Below are positions 36,526 through 47,053 of a stretch of DNA of 64,000 nt, one piece after another; position 1 is the first letter of the stretch, and each line of letters begins with the position of its first letter. The stretch covers positions 1,860,001 to 1,924,000 of the forward strand of contig MU008161.1 of assembly GCA_010909165.1 (NCBI GenBank), in the 5' to 3' direction. The notes beneath the pieces were generated by a model, which did no database searches, was not told the origin of the DNA, and was given only the letters and a program-made list of their open reading frames with translations. A program made the translations under genes and the position numbers. This stretch comes from Anthoceros angustus (lineage: Eukaryota; Plantae; Anthocerotophyta).

Positions 36526-38176
36526 CATCTCCCAAGTTCTTCACTTGGTAGTGGCGCTCTGTAGCACTGCAAAGTGACAATGCGGCACAAGTATCCCTGT
36601 AGGATTCCCAGAATGTGTCCAGTACAGCAGCGCTGGGTGTCGGTGCAGGCACAGGAAAGGGCATGAACGTAGCAGGTCCCGAGAATCCACAAACAGCCCA
36701 CGCATTCCGAAAGAACGAATGGGCAAGAGCTGTAGCTTGCAAGGACTCCCCGTGCGCAACAATAAATGCCTGAAGCCTCTCTACCCTGCCCTGGTGAACC
36801 ACTTCTACCACATCCGAATTGATTGTTCTATGACAAATTTCGAAAATCTCCCCCTCTAACCACGGTTGGCGAATTGTGCTGTCAACAGAATCGGCACCGA
36901 ACTTGGCAAGACATGTGTCAAATACCTCCAGTCCCTCCTCGACCTGTCCCCAATGGGTGATCAATTGCTCTCCTCGCAGCCGAAGCCAGTAACATGCATA
37001 CCGGGCTTGGAAATAGCTCTGCACGCCGTCTAACTGGTCCATGACCTCTTGCCCAACCTCAGGTACTAATCCAATGAGTTGACAACCTGTGCGGTGACTG
37101 TGCCGGGCCAAGAATTCCAGCAGCTGCAACTTCAGAAATTCAATACTGGGGTGCGGCACTGGGAACTCGAATCTGGGTTGAAGATCTATCTGTTGAATGT
37201 GTTTAAGTGCGTTGTCAGAAGCCTGATAACTCAGCTCAATCCGACCGAACTGTCTCAAGGACGACGCCTGAAGCAGGAGGACCCAGGCTCTGACAAGAGG
37301 CCAGTGCTCGTGGTTGCGCGGGACAGCTCTTTCAGCACGCTCAATCCAATTCAGACACCTGTTTCCTATCTGGCTCAAGTTAGCGTACCCGGCACTAAGC
37401 CTTCCTGGCTTCCTACGACCGGGGTCCCACATCTCGGAGATGGCAACACACAGAAAACAAGCTTCAAACCCTTTCCAGTAGTCTGGCGCTACATAATTTT
37501 CGAGAGCCTCCCTTTCTTGGCCGCAGGAGAACAGTGCTACTCGTCGGAGACCGTCGAGTGCCCCCTTCGTCCGGTGCAATGCTCTAGGGCAGGACAAGTG
37601 CAGGGTTTCCCACCTGGAGCTGATAGCGTGCATCTCCTCTGGGCTACAATCCCCAAGCATGGCATCCTCCAGAAGCAAGGTTTCAACCCAAGTGAAGGCC
37701 CAAATGAGTATCAACAGAGTGCAATCCTGCGCCTCTGTGAATGACTCCGAACTTTGAAGCTCATTGGCGGTGACCACGGCCTCCATCACTCGTTGTATAA
37801 GCTCACGCATCTCCTGGCACACATCCACCATGGGCTCCTCCTCGTCTCCACAGGCGATGAGCTCGTCAGCTAGCTCATTGAGACGCTGCATCGCCCACCC
37901 ATCAAGTGCCGCTGACACTGCTTCCAACCCAAGCTTGAGCAACGCTGCCGGGGGCCGCACAATCCACCTGTCCCGACTCAGTTCGCCAAACTTGTCCCAA
38001 CCATTCGAGAAATTCCTCCAAAGATTGGAGGCTGCATGGTAGTCCTGTTCGCGGAAAGAGACAGCGACGGATCGACGGAAGCGTTCGGCATTTCCTGCCG
38101 CGTCCGCCGATGCAGCTTCTCCGCCGGATGAAGAAGCAGGTGATTCCACATCGGCAGACATCCCGGTGGCGGCCAT
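36526..38176 (-). CDS. Predicted first exon of the TPR-CHAT gene: alpha-helical region with TPR-like segments
   Basis: Open for 550 codons from ATG 38176; TPR-like LLLQASSLRQFGRIELSYQASDNALKHI and LRGEQLITHWGQVEEGLEVFDTCLAKF; ends at donor G|GTAAG (36525). Confidence 0.7.
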
Positions 38177-38599
38177 CCTGCAGTGCAATTCAGGTCTGCC
38201 TTGCGCTATCGCTGCGGGATATGTAGAGCTCTGTCATAGCTCCGTGATCGAAGAAGAGAAAGATTTCCATAGTGAGATGGTGTTCCAAGTCAGACACGCG
38301 TTCCCGGCTGACCCAGTCCCGGCCCGAGCGCGGACAAGGGATGAGGCAAGGTTTCACCTTGTGAAGCAAAGACATAAGGCGCTTTCCACCTTTGTGAGAG
38401 CTTGAATATCTTGGCATCAAGCACCGTAGCGTCGGGGAGTACGGAAAAACATATTTAATACAAGAAGTGGCTTTAGTTTAGAGGTAGGAATTCCGAAGTG
38501 GAGCTGTGAAGACTTGAGGTCGGGTTCAACTAGGTGGTCATGACCGCCTTGTCAGGGATTGGAGAGCTGAATTTTATGGGTGTGCGAGCTTGAATTGTA

Positions 38600-39100
38600 G
38601 CAAAAGTTAAGATACCTTGTTTTGGTGTTAGACTCTTCTCTATCCCTACATGAATTGATATTCGGAGCAAGGTGGCTGCAACAATAGCTGCAACTTGCCA
38701 TGATTTTGACAAGAATTCAGAAGCATGTAGGCAGAAGTGGAAATTGATTTATAAGAACTACAAGGTGGACAAGGCTCACAATGCCATATCAGGCAACGAC
38801 AGGTTTGAAAAATGTGCATGGTTTGACATTGTTGACCTCTACATGCATAACCGTGCTCACGTTGTGTGTGAGGCTCATGCCTCCTCACACAAGAGGTCGA
38901 GTGTGGACAATTCTTCGATGAGCGGAGTCAGCAATGAAGACATGGCAATAAAGAGGAGGATTGGTCAAGATAATGCATCTGATGCTATCAATCTCTTGAG
39001 TTCCATGTCCCAGAAATTGGAAGCCCTAGAGAAAAAGAAAGTGGCATTGTTAGAGAGTTTAGTGGCCACTCTGTCCACAGGATTGAAAAATCAGCCTTAG
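38600..39100 (+). CDS. Myb/SANT (trihelix-type) DNA-binding protein of a Harbinger element, 5' end degraded
   Basis: KVAATI.....DKNSEACRQKWKLIYKNYK.DK.HN.ISGNDR..KCAWFDIVD, followed by a coiled coil; converges on a transposase. Confidence 0.8.
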
Positions 39101-40115
39101 TTTTACTTCTGCCTTACAGGATTGAAAAATCAGCCTATATAGAATAGGTTCTCTTGAGGTACACAAGCGGACTAAATGCTGATCACAATTCTTCATCACA
39201 AGACTCTAAATCTGTATCTTCCAAAAAAACTAGCCTGATATTCTTTTGGGTTCTGGTTTCATACAGAGCTCTAGCTATGTTCCGGATTCGCTGCACTCCT
39301 ACTTCATATCCACGCATCTCAACTTCGTCTTCCTGTTCCTCTCCGTGTGCAGATTGAACCCTGTAGACATTCCCCCTACTATGATGCACCTCATTCAATT
39401 CATATAGAGTTTCTCGAGTTGCTCTTGTGGCCTCCTCCTCATCATCCATATCATGAACACATGAATATGCTGCCTCTTCTAGCCAAGCTTGATCGAATGC
39501 GTACTTATGGATGATGCACATGTTGTGTAGAATTAAACATGCCTAAACGACAATAGGGATGTTCTGCAACTCCCTGTCCAATCTTTTTAGTAGACACCTT
39601 CACCTCGCTTTCAAGATTCCAAATGCTCTTTCTACAACCATCCTGGTGGAACTTTGAACAAAGTTCCAATGTTCCTGCTTTGGTGTCAGTCCGTCCTTAG
39701 ACCCTCTTTAAGGAGTCAAAATGTACAGCCTGGGCCAGTAGCCTACGTCTCCGACTAGACAATAATGTGCCGGCTTGCAACAGCGTCTCTCAGCATAGGG
39801 GTTATTCTCCATTAAAGGGGTTTGGGTCCCTAAAGACCAAAAAATGACCCCCGAAAACGGACCAAAATGCATCATCTTTAGCAAAACCACTCTTTAGACA
39901 TGTCTTGAAAGACATTGACCATGTTATTTTCTCGTGAATACTTACGCTACAGGTTGAAGCCGAAGAAGGTTCATGGATTTCACCTTCACAAGGAAGGGAT
40001 TTCAAGGATTTTTAACGGTGCTAGGAATCCTAAACACCTCTTTCGCAGCGATAGTACTTCCTAGCGGGGTGAGCAGTAGGCAAAACCAAACAAAATTAGT
40101 CCAGCAAGCCAAGCT

Positions 40116-40453
40116 GCGGACGTCCGCGAACCAACACGAAAAGTAGCAATTGCAAGCCGAAAAGAGAATCACACGGACGTCCGCGCAATTGTGAGAGAAC
40201 ATTAACCGATAGCTTGATCATGGCCATCTCGAGAGGACCAAACTACGACTCTAAAAGTAGCGCTGACGTCTGCACGTGAGTACACAACCGGATCTCCATT
40301 GTTAGAGTGAAAACATAGAAGGAATTGGAACAATCGCGGACGTTCGGCACATTGGCGCGAGTCTGCTAAAGCTGCGGACGTCCGGCGCATTTCTGAGACC
40401 CCAATCTTGTGGGCGTCCGAGATGGAAATGGTGGAGTGGATGCGGACGTCGGC
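40116..40453. repeat. Cluster of six GCGGACGTCCGC-type palindromes
   Basis: Copies at 40116 (perfect), 40173, 40262, 40336, 40374, 40442. Confidence 0.85.
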
Positions 40454-40509
40454 GCACATCTATATTTATTGTTTGTCTTTAATATCGCTCGGGATAGGTG
40501 CATAGACTA

Positions 40510-40702
40510 AGAACTCCAAGGTTAAGCACCCGGTCGGATCGATTACCAGGATGGGGTGCTTGACTTTGGTGCTTTTAGAACTTCCGGTTATGCACTCTTG
40601 GGTCAGATTAGTACTAGGATGGCTTGCTTGTTTTTGGCGCTTTGAAAACTTTGTAACAACTCCACTCTTAAGCAACCTAGAGGCGTATCAATACTAGGAT
40701 GG
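40510..40702 (+). promoter_or_regulatory. Three tandem 5S rRNA-derived fragments covering the Pol III internal control region (Box A to Box C); not a 5S gene
   Basis: agaactcc..ggttaagc...taccaggatggg, agaacttccggttatgcactcttgggtcagattagtactaggatgg, aactccactcttaagc...atactaggatgg, compared with recalled plant 5S AGAACTCCGCAGTTAAGCGTGCTTGGGCGAGAGTAGTACTAGGATGG. Confidence 0.72.
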
Positions 40703-43171
40703 AGTGTTGATTTTTAGTGGTTTGAAAAAATTTGTAAATCATCCCGGTATCTAGGCGTAAAGTCATGAATATTATTTTTGAAAATCATTTGTTGGTTGAT
40801 GTTATATTCCCACATTCGCTTTGTATACAACATGTAAAACCTTTTGGCCTTACTCTATGTGCCCCTTCCGATGACTTGCGGTGGATCTCTTTGATTGGTG
40901 CGCCAAATGTCCGCTCATTCGAGTTTGATGCATGCGTATAGATGCATAGGCCTTGGTTTCTAGATGAGCTACATTTTCCAAAATTCGACATGTATGATGG
41001 TGGTTTCTAATGGCCAACCTTTTGAAGGCGACAATGTTTCACAATGTTTTGTAGAGAAGCAAGAAAATAAATAGAATAGATGATTTTTCCTTGAGTAATG
41101 AAAGCACATCGGATGCGATCGAACACAAGCATAAGAGAGCATCACGCCTGCGAGCCCTAGTGAGAGCCAGTGAGTATCGAAGAAAGAGGGTTGTCGGTGG
41201 GGTTTTGACCAAATGGCTGAGTATTTCAGTGAGGCTCTGAAGGAGGACCTGTCTATACCCACTGTGACGCCCACTACAGCTGTGGCGCAGCTAGGTGTTC
41301 AGAGACGAACTATAGCCAAGCTTCGCCAGAGATTTTGAATTTAAGATCGACTTGCTCCATGTGCCACCCATGGATAGATTAAGGTTGAAAGCGGTACGGA
41401 CTTGACAAGAAGAAATGTAAGCTATGAAGAGTTTGATCAAGAGCGGTTGAGGAGGCCTCACCATCCTTTACCTTGTCCAATTCTGCAGGCCTTTCTGCGA
41501 GATCTAAGTGCGGCTTATCTCGACACGGAGGGGCAGGTCGGTATGCACCGTGCAGGATTGCTCGAATCACGGGGTTTGAAAAGAGAATTGATGTGAGTGT
41601 TGGTGCGGTGGCAAGTGTGCACAAGCAACTTGAACGAAAGTGCTTGCCTACACAAGTATTGACGCAACCCTCTCCAAACCCGGTGTATTGCACCTCTTTG
41701 GAGTATAAGTCGCGGACGTTGTGCACTCCGACTCTTTGGAGCATAAGTCGCGATCATCCGGCCACTTGGTTCAAAGGTGTGTCCGTCATTTGTGCGGACG
41801 GTGGGCACATTAGGTCTTCCTTGGGCTCGGATGCATGGGCATGGGTTCGCAAATCAAAGCGTGAAATGAGACATGTGCATTTCTGGATGGTTGGGGCCAA
41901 ATGGGGTTCGGAGACAAACCCCTATGCTGAGAAACACTGTTTTGCCTGCATCACATTTTTGTCCAAGCACACATCTGGTGAACAGGTTCCAATCATTAAG
42001 ACTGCCTGCCCATCCATAGTCGTAATCCCACACAAGACAATTTGCAGTCACGGTTAATTGAAGAAGTTGAGAGTAGAACCCTTTTCTATTATAGTAATCC
42101 CCCTTGTTTCTCCGAGGAGCAATACTGGGGATGTGACTCCCATCGACGACTCCAACCACATACGGGATACCTTGCAATTCAAGGAACTTTGCTGCATATG
42201 CAACCATTTTGCTCTTTCCAGGCCACATGATGTGGGTATCGTGCAATTTGGAAACCAGGGCTCTGCAGAATTCCAAAGTAGCATTACAAACTGCAGTTGT
42301 GTTGTATCCATAGCAGTTGCTAAGAGTTTGAAGAGTGTCTCCAGTGGCCAGCCTCCTAAGGGCCATCGCAACTCTTGCATCCACAGGAATGGCTTTCCGG
42401 AATGTGGTGTCTTGCCTGAACACCAAAGGGCCAATTTCAGCGCACAGATACTGGAAGGTGGCTTTGCTTACTTGACAACGCTCCCTGAACATCTCGTCTG
42501 TGTAAGACCCAAGAAGTGATTGATGTGCAAACCCTTGGTTTTGTTTCACACACCATGTTGATCGTCGTTTCTTTTTTCTCCCACTAGACTTCAACACTTC
42601 GTGAGGCAAAGCCACTGCTACAGCAGTTATGAATGTGCAGAGAGTCAAAGAGCAAATTTCAAGAGCACACAATACACCCAAAGCAAGTAAAATTTTCTCC
42701 CGACGGCTGTCATTTGACATTGCTAGATTTATGTCCTCATAGCTGTCCCTGGCTATCATTGGAGGTACCTGCAGCATTGCTGGATTTGTGTCCTCACGGT
42801 TATCCAAGGCCATCACTTCAGGTACTTGTGAAGCCATCTCACTCTCATGCCCCTCCATGGTGTGGCGAGCTCAATTGCCTTGTGAAGACCTTATGCAAAG
42901 GCAACGTGTGCAGAGGACAGGCGTGAACGGGTGTGGAGTGATAAGCTTGCGGCCATGCCCCTCTAAATGCAGGGATTATGAAGAGTTTACCATTGTGAAG
43001 CACCGTAACCTCATGATGTAAATAGTTTATCTTATACCATGAAGAGAGGAACAGGATGTCAGAAAATCAAGTTAACCGGTCAAGTGTACAAGAAAATGAC
43101 AATCACATCCTTGTCACCATGTGTATACTGCAGCCGGCCGTGATCGGTGCCGTGGCGGCGGCCCGGTCATA

Positions 43172-43185
43172 GTGTAAACCCGCCT
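43172..43185 (-). repeat. Candidate Harbinger terminal sequence (AGGCGGGTTTACAC)
   Basis: Lies upstream of the transposase ATG and resembles Harbinger GGC..GTTTACAC termini; no partner end found. Confidence 0.35.
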
Positions 43186-44412
43186 TGAGCTCAAATCCTT
43201 GCGGAAACATAAGCAAGAATCTAGATCCGCACGTCTGATGAGGCATCCCGTTTGAATATCTTGAGGGGGTTCTACAACAATTTGATCTGAAAATTTCTCA
43301 TCCTTTCAACTTGCAAACCAAACCAGGTCCAAGTAAATGTTTTATATCATCACTAAACCGTCGAGTTGCTCAATATAAATCTCTTCATCCAAACTACCAT
43401 TTAAATAGCTCTCTATAAATCTCTTCATCGAGATCACCATTCAAAAAGCAATCTTCACATCCATTTGACACATTTCAAGATTGAAGAAAGCAACCAAAGT
43501 AAATAAAACACAACCAAAAGGATATTTCACAACGGGCGAGAAAGTCTGCTTATAAGCAACATCTTCAACTTGTGAATATCTCTCAAAAACCAGTCGAGCA
43601 TTATGACATTCCATGCACCCATTAGCATTGTATTTGATTTTAAGTACCCACTTTCAATCAACCGGTTTCCGATCTAGAGGAAGTGAAGTAAGCTTTCATG
43701 TTCCATTTTGCAATGGTGAGTTTCACTCATCTTGCAAAGCATGCTCCGACAAAGACCACTTTGGTGAAGCCTGTGCTTCAACAATTGATTGAGGCTTAGC
43801 GAGAACAGCCGGAAGAAGAGCAACGACATCCTCAATTTCATAAAATTCTAGTTGTTGACGAGCAAGAATATGTAACCACGAAGAACAACGAACTACTTGT
43901 TGTGGCAATCCCATATTATACTAGAAGAGCCCTAGCAGAACCCTGTGAAATATTGGGAGACGTACGAGGAATTTCATCTACAAATATATTATGAGAATTT
44001 GAAAGATATGGTGTGACTACTTCATCAACAACATATGCGTCCACACCATGATCATCGTGGGCCCCTCATATAACTAGTATGAAATTTGCAGCGCAGCGAT
44101 CGTGACTTGGGTTGGAAACTTAAGGTGAGGAGAGGCTGCCTTCGGATTCCAACATCAAACTTCATCATGATGGGTCACAATATCCACCAAGACAACTGTG
44201 AAGTTTTAGATCATGATACTATGAAGTTCATGAAGATCATCTTGAACTTCACAGTATCATGATCTAAAACTTCATCAAATAAGTAATCATCATGATTTGA
44301 GGGTAACAAAGAAGGAAATTGTTCAAAAATAAGATTGTGATCGTTGAAAAGAGGCAACAAAATATTTCCAAGACAAATCTTCACAAAAAACATCATCTCA
44401 AATTGAAATTAT

Positions 44413-45000
44413 TTGTCGAGCTCAATCAGGGCTGACTTGTACTTTATCCGCGGTGACCAGGTTTCGGTGACGGACGTGGTGGTTACTGACCCTGCTCGAG
44501 ACACCATCTCCGCTCAGGTTATCACTAACCGTCCTGGTTGGGCTGCCGCCGGTGCTGCGGCTCTCAAGGTCAGAAAGTATAGCGGGATGCAAGCGGGCCA
44601 CTTCTTTATTCCATTTGCACTCGAAACATATTGGGCTATGGCTACGGACTTCAATCAATTTCTCAAGTCATGTGCCAAGATATCCTACCACGCCTGTAGG
44701 CATGGCGCGGGGTTGTCCCTTTCTTATTTCACAACTTACTTCACACAGCGAGTCTCCATTCCTCTTCAAAGGGCCCTCTCGACGGCAATCCTTCGCAAGG
44801 CGGCGACGGCAAGTGACACTTCTTCCTCTTCCTCCGTCATTTGCAGGCCATTTGTTCTTCCTGCATATGATGTTCTAGTAGCAGTAGGTAACTTTAGGTA
44901 AGGAGCTTAGTCGCTCTTTTTCACCGAGACCCCGAGGTCCACCTTCATTGTCCCGTGTTGGATGGGTTTTTCCCCATCATCTTTTCCCTCAATAAAACAA
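44413..45000 (+). mobile_element. 3' end of an RLE-type (CRE-like) non-LTR retrotransposon: endonuclease plus A-rich tail
   Basis: RADL...VTDVVVTDP...GWAAAGAAALKVRKY...FIPFALETY...FLKSCA...FTQRVSIPLQRA, a PD-(D/E)xK-like RLE pattern; tail aataaaacaaaa at about 44990. Confidence 0.72.
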
Positions 45001-45156
45001 AATACATCTTATCTTATGTACAAGGTTATTTATGATGTTCCTATGTAGCTAACTCCTATTAAAGGTGTTGTGGACTGGTGAGGTTCCTCCTTGTTCACAC
45101 TTTGGGGTGTTTTCGGATGTGCAGTTTTTGCTCATATTCCAAAAGAGAAAAGATCA

Positions 45157-45700
45157 AAATATGTACTCTCGCTTCCTCCAGGCCATGTAGCCGTTTTCAC
45201 GAGCTATGGCAACCATGACATCGCGGATAGCGTCGTGGGTGGCGATGCGGTGACCCCCATGGGGACAACGAGCAAAGTGTACCTCAGAGTCATCGAGGTC
45301 AAAGCCGCACTCGCCGGTAAGAAGGGAAGATGCCACAGGCTGAAGCAGGCCAAGACGGAATCCCATCGCAGTGGTGAAGGTGGCTGGTGCGATGACAAAA
45401 CCCCATACACATGGACGACCCAGAAGCCAAGCGCCTGCACCCTTACTAGAACAAGAGCGAAGCTGAGCTCTGGTGAACCTAGGGATGGAGGAGCCCAAGA
45501 GGACGGACTGGAAAGCCTAGTTGAGCTGCTTCTCAAGTAACAATGCCTGCAACCCCCTGAAACCATCGGAGATGAACATCGAGAAAGGAGGAAAATCCAG
45601 CCGAGCATCCACAGAAAGCATTTCCTTGGCCTGCCTCAAGGAAATTAGGAGAGGGAAGGTTCCCTCCTCCACACTAGACACAAAATCCTCCAGAAAGAGC
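45157..45700 (-). mobile_element. Upstream part of the same RLE element (post-RT region and zinc finger), in the opposite orientation
   Basis: AQLRSCSSKGAGAWL...FTTAMGFRLG...ECGFDLD...HFARCPHGGHRIATHDAIRD...ARENG. Confidence 0.72.
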
Positions 45701-47053
45701 CTTCATAAGACAAACAGTTGTTTGAACTGCTTCAACCCAAAAAATTGGAGCCAAACTCAAATGAAGCACCATACAACGACTAGCACCAACAAGAAATTTA
45801 TTTTGTATTTCTACATGACCATTTTGTTGTAGTGAGTAAGGAGTAACAGTCTAAAGTTGAATACCAAAAGAAGATAAATAATTCAGAAATTCCTTTAAAG
45901 TATATTCACCACCATTATATGTTCCCAAACTTTTAAGCAATTGACTAGTAAGATGCTTAAAAAAATGTTAAAAACGTTTGAAATCTTCAAACACATGAGA
46001 TCGATCATGTAAGAAATATATTTGAACCCGTAGGAAGAAATCATCGAGAAAAGAAACAAAATAACGAAAACTAGAAAGCCCATAATACTTAAAAGGTATA
46101 CGAGCATCAGAGCGAACAAGACCAAGTGGAACAGAAACCCGGGGCTTAGGATGAACTGGTCAACCTTTCCAACGATGTTTAGCATATATACAATCAAAAC
46201 AAACAGAACCAGCTATCGAGAGAGGTACATGAAGCCCGTAGTATTGAACTGTTTGAACAATCTTCGTGCGCGCATAGAGCCTAACGGAAATGCCATAATT
46301 GTTATAAAGGACGCCCTGAATAATAGCAAGCTTCCTATTCTCGAACGCCAGGGTAATTTGATTTATAGAGCTGGCCAGAACGTTCTCCCGAAGCAACAAC
46401 ATGAGTAAGAACCCTTTTAATAACACAATCAGCATGGAACTCACATTTGAAAAGTTTCCTACGGCCATTGGGACAAGTAGCAGACCGCAGTCCACAATAT
46501 GAAGCATGAATAACGCTTGTTAGCCAAGGAAAGTAGCAGCCAATTCCGTGCACGACTGCGGCAGAAAATTAGTTGAGAGACATGCCTGCCATTCTGATTC
46601 CCCTAGCAAAGAGGATTCAAGGTCATTGAAGGATTCAGCAGCCCTTATCGAAAGGGTAACACAATTGCACGTATCGCAGGGTTTTTTTGTTAAGCGATCA
46701 CATTTCACCGCCTTCCGTTAGGGAATCGGCCTTAGAACACTAATATGGAGATAGAGCAACTGCTGCATCGACAGGACTACTGCCAAATGACGGTTCATCA
46801 GCGTCTCACAACGACTACCTGGTCCCAGGTGCAAACGGAGCTACCGTTCAAGGCAAGACGTTCATCTGCTTCTCAAGCTAAAAGTCTCAGGTGCCACCGG
46901 GACATATCATAACTTCGCCCCGAAAGTTGCGCACCACGTGCCAGTCAAGTAAGCCGCCATGCAGAGGAACCGTCTTCCCAGGAGAGCCAAAGGCAAGGCC
47001 AAAACGGTAAAGATTGACAAGAGCATGGGAACCAGATTTCGTGGTGAAAATGC

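Larger units (their letters stand above)
39781..41939. mobile_element. hAT-like non-autonomous DNA transposon with TIRs of about 30 bp
   Basis: Left end cagcgtctctcagcataggggttattctcc and right end (reverse complement) cagtgtttctcagcataggggtttgtctcc match at 26/30. The termini are CAG. Removing the element plus 8 bp restores the host frame (KCDA.KPAHYCLVGD), consistent with a degenerate 8-bp TSD. Confidence 0.8.
39183..42858 (-). mobile_element. PIF/Harbinger transposase split by a 2.16-kb insertion
   Basis: 5' part: FRERCQVSKATFQYL, RVAMALRRLATG, GVVDGSHI, YYNRKGFYS.LLQ, GWAGSLND. 3' part: LVGDVGY, STRMVVERAFGILKARW, LILHNMCI. Confidence 0.92.
43270..46284 (-). mobile_element. Decayed internal Copia fragment E (same family as B) with nested insertions
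   Basis: Colinear with 16002-17512 apart from inserts at about 44057-44220 and 44421-45700. Confidence 0.85.

Noticed and set aside
40510-40702. 5S rRNA gene
   Set aside because: Only the central 45-50 nt is present, it is degenerate, and the 5' and 3' stems are missing.
38402-43263. 12-bp direct repeat ttgaatatcttg flanking the Harbinger
   Set aside because: Many 12-mer matches are expected by chance in 64 kb, no TIRs lie inside it, and Harbinger TSDs are 3 bp.
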